Source: an uncultured Mesoterricola sp. (GTDB taxonomy: Bacteria; Acidobacteriota; Holophagae; Holophagales; Holophagaceae). From it: a DNA stretch of 30,106 nt. The position numbers and the translations under genes were made by a program. The notes below the pieces were generated by a model. That model was not told the DNA's origin. It did no database searches and saw only the letters and a program-made list of their open reading frames with translations. Below, piece by piece: positions 1-8,391 of this stretch. The DNA lies in NCBI GenBank assembly GCA_964479495.1, contig CAYZND010000003.1, positions 1 to 30,106 of the forward strand, given 5' to 3'. Numbering within the stretch: the first letter of the stretch is position 1; the number at the start of each line of letters is the position of its first letter.

Positions 1-2
1 GC

Positions 3-764
3 CCCAACGGCGAGAAGGTGGCCTTCTTCTGCACCAACGACGGCCACACCGAGCCTCTCCTCAAGCGCCTGCTGGAATCGAAGAATGGCCTCTTCGTGGA
101 GGCCGATCTGCCTTCCCCGCTGATGGGCTATCCCGGCGCGCTGGGCCTGGACCTCTCCAAGGAAATGGGGAACTTCCCCGCGATCCTGAAGAAGGTCGAG
201 AGCTCTGTCGTCTCCAAGGGCGGCGCCGGCCGCTTCGGGACCTGGGCCTTCAGCTATGGCTACACCGTGACCGCCGGTCTGGGCGAATATGCCATCCGCG
301 TGGCCGAAGGCAAGGCGCAGAAGAACAGCCTGAAGGATGTGTTCGCCGCCTATGGCAAGTGGACCCCCGGCGCCAAGTGGAACGGCGCGTACTACACCGA
401 TGCGGCCACCAATGTCCGCTACCGGAACATGATCCTGATGTACATGGACACCTACATCCTGGGGGGCCTCAAGGGCAAGCAGTTCCTCCCCACGACGACC
501 CTGAAGGTGCCTGAGAAGTTCTTCAACGCCAAGGCCGCCACCGTGGCCGCTCCGGCCATCGCGGCTCCCGCCGGCGCGAAGACCGCCACCGTGCTGAAGC
601 GCGTCAAGCTGAACGTGCGCAGTGGCCCCGGCACCACCAACAGCATCGTGGGCACCCTGGAACCCGGCACGCCCGTGGTCATCTATTCCACCCAGGGCGA
701 CTGGTGCAAGATCAGCACCACGGAGAACCGCTGGGTCTCCGCTCGCTACCTCGAACAGCAGTAG
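3..764 (+). CDS. DUF3798-family substrate-binding protein (5'-truncated by window edge) with C-terminal Ala/Pro linker and SH3b-like domain
   Basis: Frame is open from base 3 (PNGEKVAFFCTNDGHTEP). It aligns by eye with the C-terminal half of 19390..20610 (TNDxHTEPL, LPSPLxGYPGALG, TPGAKW, DTYIxG). The tail LNVRSGPGT...GTLEPG...GDWCKI...WVSARYL is the bacterial SH3 pattern. Confidence 0.85.
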   Translation, partial: PNGEKVAFFCTNDGHTEPLLKRLLESKNGLFVEADLPSPLMGYPGALGLDLSKEMGNFPAILKKVESSVVSKGGAGRFGTWAFSYGYTVTAGLGEYAIRVAEGKAQKNSLKDVFAAYGKWTPGAKWNGAYYTDAATNVRYRNMILMYMDTYILGGLKGKQFLPTTTLKVPEKFFNAKAATVAAPAIAAPAGAKTATVLKRVKLNVRSGPGTTNSIVGTLEPGTPVVIYSTQGDWCKISTTENRWVSARYLEQQ

Positions 765-774
765 CATCGAGACG

Positions 775-819
775 CACGAACAAAGCCCGGATCGCTGCTG
801 GATCCGGGCTTTGTTCGTG
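775..819. terminator. Probable bidirectional intrinsic terminator between convergent genes
   Basis: Perfect 19-bp inverted repeat CACGAACAAAGCCCGGATC / GATCCGGGCTTTGTTCGTG with a 7-nt loop, lying between the stops at 764 (+) and 823 (-). Confidence 0.85.
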
Positions 820-822
820 TGC

Positions 823-1551
823 TCAAAAGACGGCGTCGGCTCCGCCATCCACGGGGATCACGGTCCCGGTGGTCCAGCGGCTCTCGTCCGAGAGCAGGTG
901 CGCGGCCAAGGCGGCGACCTCTTCGGGACGGCCCAGGCGCTTCATGGGGTTCACGGCCGCAAGCCTGGCTAGGTCGCCCACTGGATCGAGGGCCTTCTTC
1001 AAGCGTTCATCCACCATGGCGGTATGGATGGGTCCCGGGGCGATGGCATTGCAGCGGATCATCCGGGGCGCCCACTCCAGGGCCAGCACCCGGGCCAGCA
1101 TGTGTACGCCGGCCTTGGCGACGCTGTAGGCCGCGGATTCGGGAATCGCCCGGAGCCCGATGTTGGAGCCCACGAGCACGACACTCGAGCCCTCCCGCAG
1201 GCGGGCTCCGAGGTGGTGACACAGGAGCCAGGGACCACGGAGGTTGGACGCGATCATCCGGTCGAAATCCTGGATGGACGTCGATTCGACCGAACCTGTG
1301 ACCAGTTCGCCAGCGCAGAGGAACAGGCCATCCAGGTCGGGGCACTCCAGGGCGAACGTCGCCACCGCGCGGTCATCCCCGTGGTCCAAGGCGAAGGTTC
1401 GGGCCGAGGGGAGCGTTTCCAGCAGCGACTCGCGATGTCGACCCAGCAGGATCGGTTCAGCGCCTAGATCCGAGAAAAGCCGCGCCGCCGCCCGTCCGAG
1501 ACCGCTTCCTGCGCCAGTGACGAGGATGCGTTTCCCGGCGAGGGCGTTCAT
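823..1551 (-). CDS. SDR family NAD(P)-dependent oxidoreductase
   Basis: TGAGSGLG Rossmann motif, YSVAK catalytic motif, NAIAPG. Start trimmed to the ATG at 1551 (MNALAGKRILV), which overlaps the DUF502 stop (ATGA). Confidence 0.92.
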   Translation of the reverse strand: MNALAGKRILVTGAGSGLGRAAARLFSDLGAEPILLGRHRESLLETLPSARTFALDHGDDRAVATFALECPDLDGLFLCAGELVTGSVESTSIQDFDRMIASNLRGPWLLCHHLGARLREGSSVVLVGSNIGLRAIPESAAYSVAKAGVHMLARVLALEWAPRMIRCNAIAPGPIHTAMVDERLKKALDPVGDLARLAAVNPMKRLGRPEEVAALAAHLLSDESRWTTGTVIPVDGGADAVF

Positions 1552-2168
1552 GGTTGCGTCCCGTTTTCCCGGGAAGGAGCCACCACGCCCCCGGAGACGG
1601 CCCAGGTGAAGGCTTCCTCGGGGCGCACGTCCACGGGCTTGATCCGGCCCTGGTCGATCATCACGACATAGCCGGACGTGGGGTTGGGCGCTGTCGGGAT
1701 GTAGACGGCGACCATCTTCTCGCCGCCCTCCATGGCCCAGGCGCAGTCCCGGCGGGCGATGAAGCCCAGGGTGTACGAGCCGGGGTGCGGCCACTCCACG
1801 AGCACGACCTCCTTGAAGCTGCCGCCGCCGCCGCTCTGGATGGCCGTCATCAGACGCTTCGTGGCCCCGTAGATGCCCTTGATCACGGGGATGTTGTCCA
1901 TGATCTCGTCCATCCAGGCCACCAGCTGCTTGCCCAGGAAGTTGCCCATGAGGAAGCCCACCACGAGAACGATCACGGCGGTTCCCAGGGCGGAGGCCAG
2001 GGCGATCTCCCAGTAGACCGGGGGCTTCATCTCCATCTGGAGCGACGCCCAGGTGAGGGGTTCCCGGAAGGCGTCCACCAGGATGGTGAAGATGGCCTTC
2101 ACGATCCAGACCGTCACCACCAAGGGCAGAAGGGTGAAGCAGCCCACGATGAAATACTTGCGGATCAT
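1548..2168 (-). CDS. DUF502 domain membrane protein
   Basis: MIRKYFIVG..LLPLVVT, two hydrophobic helices, IPVIKGIYGATKRL, VVLVEWP, VYIPTAPNPTSGY motifs. Start at 2168 overlaps the pgsA stop (ATGA). Confidence 0.88.
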   Translation of the reverse strand: MIRKYFIVGCFTLLPLVVTVWIVKAIFTILVDAFREPLTWASLQMEMKPPVYWEIALASALGTAVIVLVVGFLMGNFLGKQLVAWMDEIMDNIPVIKGIYGATKRLMTAIQSGGGGSFKEVVLVEWPHPGSYTLGFIARRDCAWAMEGGEKMVAVYIPTAPNPTSGYVVMIDQGRIKPVDVRPEEAFTWAVSGGVVAPSRENGTQP

Positions 2169-2830
2169 TTCTTGTCCAAGGGCTGGGCAGGGGTGTCCTG
2201 GTGGGTGAGCTTTCCCTGCCCGGTGAGGATGCTGAAGCCAAGCTTCTTCCAGAAGGCGCGGAAGTAGGAGATGGCGCTCCAGACGGCCAGGATCATGGCC
2301 GCCCACAGCAGCAGCACGCCCATGCCCACGAAGAAGCTGTAAGGCTTGTTGAGCTGGATGAACAGCTGGAATATGCCCCACTTCGTCCACAGGTACAACC
2401 AGTTGTCGAGCTGGGGCCCTAGGATCAGACAGGAGATCGAGGCGATCTGGGCTCCCATCTTCCACTTGCCCATGGTGTCCGCTGCGATGGTGATGCCCTC
2501 TTCGGAGGCGATGCCCCGGAGTCCGGTGATGGCCATCTCCCGGGCCAGGATGATGAAGACCATCCAGGCGGGAGCCAATCCCAGCTCCACGAGGGAGATC
2601 AAGGCGCCCGAGACCAGGAGCTTGTCGGCCAGAGGGTCCAGCAGCTTGCCCAGGGTCGTCACCTGCTTCCACCGGCGCGCCAGGTAGCCGTCCAGGAGAT
2701 CCGTGATGGAAGCGATCCAGAAGACCACCACCCCGATAATTTCATAGGACTGCACCTTGGTCATGAGGACCACGACCAGGATCGGGACCATCAGGATGCG
2801 CGCGAAGGTCAGATAGGTGGGTAGATTCAT
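2165..2830 (-). CDS. pgsA: CDP-diacylglycerol--glycerol-3-phosphate 3-phosphatidyltransferase
   Basis: MNLPTYLT..RI start; CDP-alcohol phosphotransferase motif DLLDGYLARR..GKLLDPLADK; ILAREMAITGLR; GKWKM. Confidence 0.93.
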   Translation of the reverse strand: MNLPTYLTFARILMVPILVVVLMTKVQSYEIIGVVVFWIASITDLLDGYLARRWKQVTTLGKLLDPLADKLLVSGALISLVELGLAPAWMVFIILAREMAITGLRGIASEEGITIAADTMGKWKMGAQIASISCLILGPQLDNWLYLWTKWGIFQLFIQLNKPYSFFVGMGVLLLWAAMILAVWSAISYFRAFWKKLGFSILTGQGKLTHQDTPAQPLDKK

Positions 2831-2956
2831 CGTTCCTCGAAGGACGTCAGGCTGGTTTCAGGGTATTACCGGATGCTCCAAGCCCCAAATGTCCTTTCAT
2901 GAATGCCGGTGCCTTCCGCTGGCGGGGTAGCGCAGGCGGTGATCGCAGTACTTGGG

Positions 2957-3544
2957 TCAAACAATCGTGGCATCTCCGCGGGCGGCAAGGGCGAGCCACT
3001 CTTCGTCCTCGATGATATCGAATCCACCGGGGGATGTTTGCAGGAATGCCAGACTGGAGCGGGAAAGCCGCACGGGAATACCCTTGGCCTGTAAGGAGGT
3101 AAGGACCTCGAGGGCGATGGGGTCGTCCAGCAGGTCGATGGCTTCGTGGGCCAAGGCCACCCAGGGCACGGGGTGCGAAACCGAGCGCAGCAGTCCCAGC
3201 AGGAGCTGCCGGCCCAGGGCGCGCTCGCCCGGGACGAAGGCGCTCCGGAGCAGCACCAGGGGGCGAGGCTGGGCGACCGGGAGCACGGGCGCAGGGATGG
3301 GTTGGAGCGAGATGGCGGGGCGTGCGGTCGGCGCGATGTCCAATTGCCAAAGGGTGCCCACGGGGGTGGACGTCACTTTGCGCTCCTGGCGCTCCAGGAA
3401 CCGCTGGAGGTTGTGGAGCACCATCTCTTCGCCCTCCAGCAGGATGCGGAGCGGCAGGCCGGGGTGCTGCTCCAGGGCGCGGTTGGCCTCGGTCAGGGCT
3501 TGGGAGACCGTCACATCGAAGAGCTCAAGCGTCAGGATGTCCAT
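2957..3544 (-). CDS. YedF-like protein (TusA/SirA-like N-domain + DsrE-like C-domain), divergent and cysteine-free
   Basis: Two-domain layout with a Pro-rich linker. GERALGRQLLLGLL resembles the YedF G..ELG..L..F segment, followed by ALAHEAIDLL and LTSLQAKGIPVRLS. No Cys anywhere in the 195 aa. Confidence 0.6.
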   Translation of the reverse strand: MDILTLELFDVTVSQALTEANRALEQHPGLPLRILLEGEEMVLHNLQRFLERQERKVTSTPVGTLWQLDIAPTARPAISLQPIPAPVLPVAQPRPLVLLRSAFVPGERALGRQLLLGLLRSVSHPVPWVALAHEAIDLLDDPIALEVLTSLQAKGIPVRLSRSSLAFLQTSPGGFDIIEDEEWLALAARGDATIV

Positions 3545-3633
3545 TCGATTCTCACCGGAGACGGGCTCATGGGAGTATGGCTGCCCCGGACCCGGTATGG
3601 TAGCTGAGGGTTCCTCCCCTTGGACGTACTGCG

Positions 3634-4578
3634 ATGGCCTCTGTTAACCCTGTGACAAAGGAATGGCTCCAGGATCGAGCCCGCGCCCACGGTTTCCTCC
3701 GGGTCGGGTTCTGCGGTTGCGAGCCCTTCGAGAGCGAACGGGAGAGGCTCACCCAGTGGCTTGCGGAAGGCGGCAGCGAGCTGTTCCCTTACATGGGGCC
3801 GGAGGAGCGGCTGGATCCCTGCGCCCTGTTGGAAGGGGCGGAAACGGCCCTGGTGGGGTTCTTTCCCTATGCGAGGCCGGAGGCCATCCCGGGCGGTTCG
3901 CCGGGGAGTCTGAAGCTCAGCCGCTACCTGTGGGGTCGCGACTACCACCAGACGCTGAAGGCGCGGCTCCAGAAGCTCCTGGCCGAGGCCCAGGCCCTGG
4001 ACCCCCGTGTGCAAGGGCGGATCTGCGTGGACACGGCCCCGCTGCTGGAGCGGCAGATGGCCGTGAGGGCAGGGCTGGGCTGGCAGGGTCGGCATACCCT
4101 CCTCATCGCCGGCAAGGATGGCTCCTGGGGCTTCCTCGGTGTGCTGCTGCTGAACCTCAGGCTGACCTTCGACGACCCCTTCCCGGGGCAGCGCTGCGGC
4201 GCCTGCCGAGCCTGTCTGGACGCCTGCCCCACGGGGGCCCTGTCCGACTTCCGCCTGGATCCCCGGCTCTGCCTGACCACCTACAACCTGGAAACGGAGA
4301 CGGAGCCGCCACGGGAGGTGGTGGAGGGCATGTGCAGGAGCCGCTGGGTCGAAGGCTGCGATGCGTGCCAGGAGATCTGTCCCTGGAACCGGGCGCCCCT
4401 CTGGGGGGACGAGAAGCTCTGGGGAGGGGACAGCCCGCTGCACACGCTGCCCGCCCAGGAACTGCCCAGGACCACGGCCCAGTGGCGGAAGCTGACCCGC
4501 CGGTCCGGTCTGCGCCGGGTGCGTCACCGCCACTGGCTGGCCAATCTGAAGCGGGTTTTGGGAGACTCGGAAGAATAG
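3634..4578 (+). CDS. queG: tRNA epoxyqueuosine(34) reductase
   Basis: SRYLWGRDYH, CVDTAPLLERQMAVRAGLGWQG, and 2x[4Fe-4S] motifs CGACRACLDACPT..C and GCDACQEICPWN. Confidence 0.93.
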   Translation: MASVNPVTKEWLQDRARAHGFLRVGFCGCEPFESERERLTQWLAEGGSELFPYMGPEERLDPCALLEGAETALVGFFPYARPEAIPGGSPGSLKLSRYLWGRDYHQTLKARLQKLLAEAQALDPRVQGRICVDTAPLLERQMAVRAGLGWQGRHTLLIAGKDGSWGFLGVLLLNLRLTFDDPFPGQRCGACRACLDACPTGALSDFRLDPRLCLTTYNLETETEPPREVVEGMCRSRWVEGCDACQEICPWNRAPLWGDEKLWGGDSPLHTLPAQELPRTTAQWRKLTRRSGLRRVRHRHWLANLKRVLGDSEE

Positions 4579-4651
4579 AGCCGATTTTTCGTTGGATTAA
4601 TCCGCCGGTTTTCCTTATAACGAGCTTCATGCCTAGGGGAGGATCGTCTAG

Positions 4652-6550
4652 ATGGCCATGAAACACTTCACGCTTCAGGATGCGATGACGATGTACGGCG
4701 TGAAGGAGTGGGGCTACGACTTCTTCGGCATCAACAGCAAGGGACACCTGGAGATCTATCCCACGCAGGATGAGAACCTGTGCTGCGATCTGTACGAGGT
4801 CGTGCAGCACTTGAAGAAAAAAGGCATCAGCACACCGCTGGTCCTCAGATTCCCGCAGATCCTCTCCCGGCGCGTGACAGAGCTCAACGAGGCCTTCCGC
4901 AAGGCCATGAAGGAGTACGACTACGAAGGCGACTACCAGGGCGTCTATCCGGTCAAGGCGAACCAAGTGAAGGAGGTCGTGGACCAGATCGTGAAATCTG
5001 GCCACAAGTACCGCTTCGGCCTGGAAGCGGGTTCCAAGCCCGAACTGATGATCGCCCTCTCCATGAACCTCCATCCCGAGGCGCTGGTCACCTGCAACGG
5101 CTACAAGGACGAGGCCTTCATCCGCATGGCCCTGCTGGCCCTCAAGGCCGGGCGCAACGTGCTCATCACCGTCGAGAAGATGACGGAGCTGGCGCTCATC
5201 CTGAAGGTGGCCAAGGAGCTGAAGGTGGAGCCCCTGCTGGGCCTGCGCTTCAAGCTCAACGCCATGGGCAGCGGCAAGTGGGAGGAATCCGCAGGGGACA
5301 ATGCCAAGTTCGGGCTCAACACCCAGGAGATCCTGGAGGCCATCGCCACCATGGAGAAGCGCGGCATGCTGGAGTCCATCCAGGAACTCCATTTCCATGT
5401 GGGCAGCCAGATCACGGACATCCGCAAGATCAAGGTGGCCATGAAGGAGGCCACGCGGATGTACGCCAAGCTGCGCAAGCGCGGCGTGCCCCTCAAGTAC
5501 CTCAACGTGGGCGGCGGCATGGCCGTGGACTACGACGGCAGCCGCACCACCTTTGCCAGCTCCATGAACTACACGCTGACGGAATACGCCGCCGACGTGG
5601 TCTATGCCACCAAGGACATCTGCGCCCAGGAGCAGGTGCCGGTGCCCATCCTCATGAGCGAGTCGGGCCGGGCCATCACGGCCTACCACGCCGTGACCAT
5701 CGTGGACATCGTGGGCCTCATCGACACGACCCACACCAAGTACAGCGTGGAGCTCACGGGCCAGGAACCCCAGGTCCTGAAGGAGTTGGCCTACACCCGC
5801 GACAACATCTCCGTGAAGAACTTCGCCGAGATGTACCACGACGCCATCACCCAGAAGGACGAGCTCATCACCATGTTCAACCTGGGCTACCTGTCCCTGG
5901 ATGACCGGGCCAAGGGCGAGATCGTGTTCTGGGAGGTCTGCCGCAAGCTCTCGCGCATCCTGAGCTACAAGAGCATGAAGTACATCCCCGAGGAGTTCCA
6001 GGACCTGAACAAGTCCCTGGCGGACAAGCTCATCGCCAACTTCAGCGTCTTCCAGTCCCTGCCGGATCAGTGGGCCGTGGACCAGCTCTTCCCCGTCATG
6101 CCCATCCACCGCCTGAAGGAGAAGCCCACCCTCTCCACCACGCTCTGCGACATCACCTGCGACTCCGATGGCAAGATCGACAAGTTCATCGACCTGAAGG
6201 ATGTGCGCGACGAGATCCCGCTCCATGAGCCCAAGGCCGGGGAACCTTACTACCTGGCCATCTGCCTCACGGGCGCCTACCAGGACACGCTGGGCATGCG
6301 GCACAACCTCCTGGGCACCATCACGGAGGCCCACGTGGTGATCACGGACGATGAGGAGTTCCGGATCCAGCAGATCGTGCCGGCCCAGACCATGGACGAC
6401 GTCCTGCGCAGCGTCCACTACGACCCGGACGAGCTCGTGGAGAGCCCCCTGAAGAAGCGGCGCTCGGGGTCCCAGCCCGATGCCGCCGAGGCGCTCAGGT
6501 CCCTGCTCACCGAACAGCGGAAGCTCCATACCTACCTGGACATGCACTGA
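4652..6550 (+). CDS. speA: Biosynthetic arginine decarboxylase
   Basis: GVYPVKANQ (PLP lysine), GLEAGSKPEL, HFHVGSQI, NVGGGMAVDYDGS, SESGRA, FSVFQSLPDQW, CDITCDSDGKID, GAYQDTLG..HNL. RBS GGGGAGG upstream; start could be 4652 or 4658. Confidence 0.96.
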   Translation: MAMKHFTLQDAMTMYGVKEWGYDFFGINSKGHLEIYPTQDENLCCDLYEVVQHLKKKGISTPLVLRFPQILSRRVTELNEAFRKAMKEYDYEGDYQGVYPVKANQVKEVVDQIVKSGHKYRFGLEAGSKPELMIALSMNLHPEALVTCNGYKDEAFIRMALLALKAGRNVLITVEKMTELALILKVAKELKVEPLLGLRFKLNAMGSGKWEESAGDNAKFGLNTQEILEAIATMEKRGMLESIQELHFHVGSQITDIRKIKVAMKEATRMYAKLRKRGVPLKYLNVGGGMAVDYDGSRTTFASSMNYTLTEYAADVVYATKDICAQEQVPVPILMSESGRAITAYHAVTIVDIVGLIDTTHTKYSVELTGQEPQVLKELAYTRDNISVKNFAEMYHDAITQKDELITMFNLGYLSLDDRAKGEIVFWEVCRKLSRILSYKSMKYIPEEFQDLNKSLADKLIANFSVFQSLPDQWAVDQLFPVMPIHRLKEKPTLSTTLCDITCDSDGKIDKFIDLKDVRDEIPLHEPKAGEPYYLAICLTGAYQDTLGMRHNLLGTITEAHVVITDDEEFRIQQIVPAQTMDDVLRSVHYDPDELVESPLKKRRSGSQPDAAEALRSLLTEQRKLHTYLDMH

Positions 6551-6563
6551 CAACGAACCGATC

Positions 6564-7211
6564 ATGGGGGGCGTGGGATACCGTCTTCGCGCTCTCCTCA
6601 AGGGATTGGTCCGCCTGGCCCTGATCGGATTGGGGTTCGCGGCGCTGTTCATGGGATGGCGAGCCTTCCTTCACTACGGACCGGGCCGGACCCAGCAGGC
6701 GATGTTCTGGTTCCACGCCAAAGCCCTGGTGCACGAGCGCGCCTCCTTTCCCCGTCCCGCGGTCGAGGTCCTCCTGCCTGTTCCCAGGAGCATGTCCAGT
6801 GCCGACGTGCAGCTGAGGCTCATGAAGTGGCGCGAAGGGAACCGCTGGATGCCCGAGGCGCTGAGCCGGGGCGAGGAGTCGAAGGGAGGGCTCCGCCTGC
6901 GCTCGGGGGAGCTCCGCCTCGTGGACATCACCCGGGTCGGCCCCGCCGAGATCCAGGAGGGGGCCACGGTCTGCACCGTGTCATGTCGGGTCCGCTGGGA
7001 CTTTCCCCAGGAGCTGCAGGAGATGCTGCGGGTCAAGGAGATCGTGGAACTGCGCCTGCCCAAGGGGCTCGGGCCCGGTCAGACCGGAGAGGTTGCCTGC
7101 ACGTTCAAGCAGGTGGGCTGGCGCTGGGAGCTGAGCTCCGTGGATTCCCCCTGGGGCGGGAAGCTGGACCTGAAGGCTGAACCCCGAGGCTGGTTCGACT
7201 GGCTGTTCTAG
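6564..7211 (+). CDS. Hypothetical membrane-anchored protein
   Basis: 215-aa frame starting 13 nt after the speA stop, with one N-terminal TM helix (LVRLALIGLGFAALFMGW). No family recognised. Confidence 0.7.
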   Translation: MGGVGYRLRALLKGLVRLALIGLGFAALFMGWRAFLHYGPGRTQQAMFWFHAKALVHERASFPRPAVEVLLPVPRSMSSADVQLRLMKWREGNRWMPEALSRGEESKGGLRLRSGELRLVDITRVGPAEIQEGATVCTVSCRVRWDFPQELQEMLRVKEIVELRLPKGLGPGQTGEVACTFKQVGWRWELSSVDSPWGGKLDLKAEPRGWFDWLF

Positions 7212-7216
7212 TCCGA

Positions 7217-7642
7217 TCAGTCCCAGCCATCCTTCCGCTCCTTCCGGATCCGTGCGGCATGCCGCTTGGCATCCACGCGGCGCTGCTGGCTTGCGCGGGT
7301 CGGGCGCGTCTTCGTCCGGAGGATCGGGGCCCGCAACGACTTCTCCACGGCGCGGAGCACCTTCTCCCTGGCATCCTCCAGGTTCAGGAGCTGGTCGCGG
7401 GTGGCTGAGCTGACCACGAGCCAGCATCCGTCCGCATCCAGCTGGTTCCGGACCGCATGCCGGAGGCGCTCCAGAGCCCCCTGGTCCAGGCCTTCGATCA
7501 GGTCCAGGTTCACCCGCAGCTCCACCTTCGAGGCGACCTTGTTGACGTTCTGCCCGCCGGGGCCCCCCGAGCGCACCGCCTTCATGCGGATGGCCTGGGC
7601 AGGGACCACGACACCGGAAGCGACAGGGATGGGGTCGGCCAT
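7217..7642 (-). CDS. arfB: Alternative ribosome-rescue aminoacyl-tRNA hydrolase
   Basis: RSGGPGGQNVNKVASKV (GGQ motif), RDQLLNLEDA, and basic tail TRPTRASQQRRVDAKR. Confidence 0.93.
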   Translation of the reverse strand: MADPIPVASGVVVPAQAIRMKAVRSGGPGGQNVNKVASKVELRVNLDLIEGLDQGALERLRHAVRNQLDADGCWLVVSSATRDQLLNLEDAREKVLRAVEKSLRAPILRTKTRPTRASQQRRVDAKRHAARIRKERKDGWD

Positions 7643-7649
7643 GCGGAGG

Positions 7650-7955
7650 TCAGTCGATGATCGCGAAGAGCTTCTCGAACTGCACCATCTCGAGGATCGT
7701 CCGCACGCCGGTGGAGGGCCGCAGGAGCTTGATCGAAATGCTCTTGGCCTGGGCTTTCTCCTTCAGGGCGATCAGCATGCTGAGGGCATTGGAGTCCATG
7801 TAGGTGGAACCGCTCAGGTCGATGTCGATCTCGGTGATCCAGTGTCCTTCGAGAATGCCCTTGGTCGCCGCCTTGAAGGCTTCGTATTCCTGGAAGGTGA
7901 GATGGCCCTCAACCTTGATCAAGCCGACGGCGCCTTGAATTTGGGTTGTGATCAC
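7650..7955 (-). CDS. STAS domain protein (anti-sigma factor antagonist type)
   Basis: VEGHLT..IDLSGSTYMDSNALSML..VRTILEMVQFEKLF. GTG start at 7955 with AGGAGG 8 nt upstream. Confidence 0.88.
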   Translation of the reverse strand: MITTQIQGAVGLIKVEGHLTFQEYEAFKAATKGILEGHWITEIDIDLSGSTYMDSNALSMLIALKEKAQAKSISIKLLRPSTGVRTILEMVQFEKLFAIID

Positions 7956-8057
7956 CGGATCCACCTCCTGTCCCCTATCGGACGCTTCCAACGTATGTTT
8001 AGAACGTATCGGGTCCTGACGCAACGTTTGTGGAATACTCATCGACCGGGAGGTCCC

Positions 8058-8384
8058 ATGGCGATCCCCATCCCCTTTGCTTCCGGACAGCTGGTGGTGC
8101 TGGTCCTCCGCGACCCCAAGGAGCGGATCTGGGGACGGCTGCTCGGCCTTGAAGCGTCTGGCATCGCCATCCGGGGCGTGGAGCTCACCCCCTGGGAGGA
8201 GATCCTGACCCTGGTGAAGCATGGCGAGCCGGACCAGACGGCGCTGGGGACGCGTTTCGTCCCCATGCACCGCGTGGACCATCTGTACCTCGACGAACCC
8301 AGCTCCGGCGTAGGGAGCCTGGCGGACGAATTCATGCAGCGCACGGGCCGGTCGCCAGAGGAATTCCTCGCGGATCTGGCATGA
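8058..8384 (+). CDS. Conserved hypothetical protein (possible Sm-like beta-barrel)
   Basis: 108 aa with GGAGGT RBS. Pattern VVLVLRDPKERIWGRLL..IAIRGVEL..RFVPMHRVDHLYLD resembles small Acidobacterial hypothetical proteins I recall. Confidence 0.75.
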   Translation: MAIPIPFASGQLVVLVLRDPKERIWGRLLGLEASGIAIRGVELTPWEEILTLVKHGEPDQTALGTRFVPMHRVDHLYLDEPSSGVGSLADEFMQRTGRSPEEFLADLA

Positions 8385-8391
8385 TGGCGGC

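Noticed and set aside
1552-2241. Long N-terminal extension on the SDR ORF (and similar extensions on DUF502, STAS, the 8058 gene, iadA and the LigB-like gene)
   Set aside because: Extensions overlap neighbouring real genes or regulatory DNA. Downstream starts have RBSs or ATGA coupling and match family N-termini, so these are not fusions.
2957-3544. Selenocysteine recoding in the YedF-like gene
   Set aside because: No in-frame TGA at the expected Cys positions, and the frame aligns to a natural end.
4652-6550. Idea that speA completes a cyanophycin route (beta-Asp-Arg to Arg to agmatine) with iadA
   Set aside because: speA is over 11 kb from iadA in a housekeeping context, and no cyanophycinase or synthetase is in the window. 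Proximity alone is not evidence.
4157-6652. 831-aa minus-strand ORF
   Set aside because: Antisense shadow of speA caused by GC-rich codon bias; no motifs.
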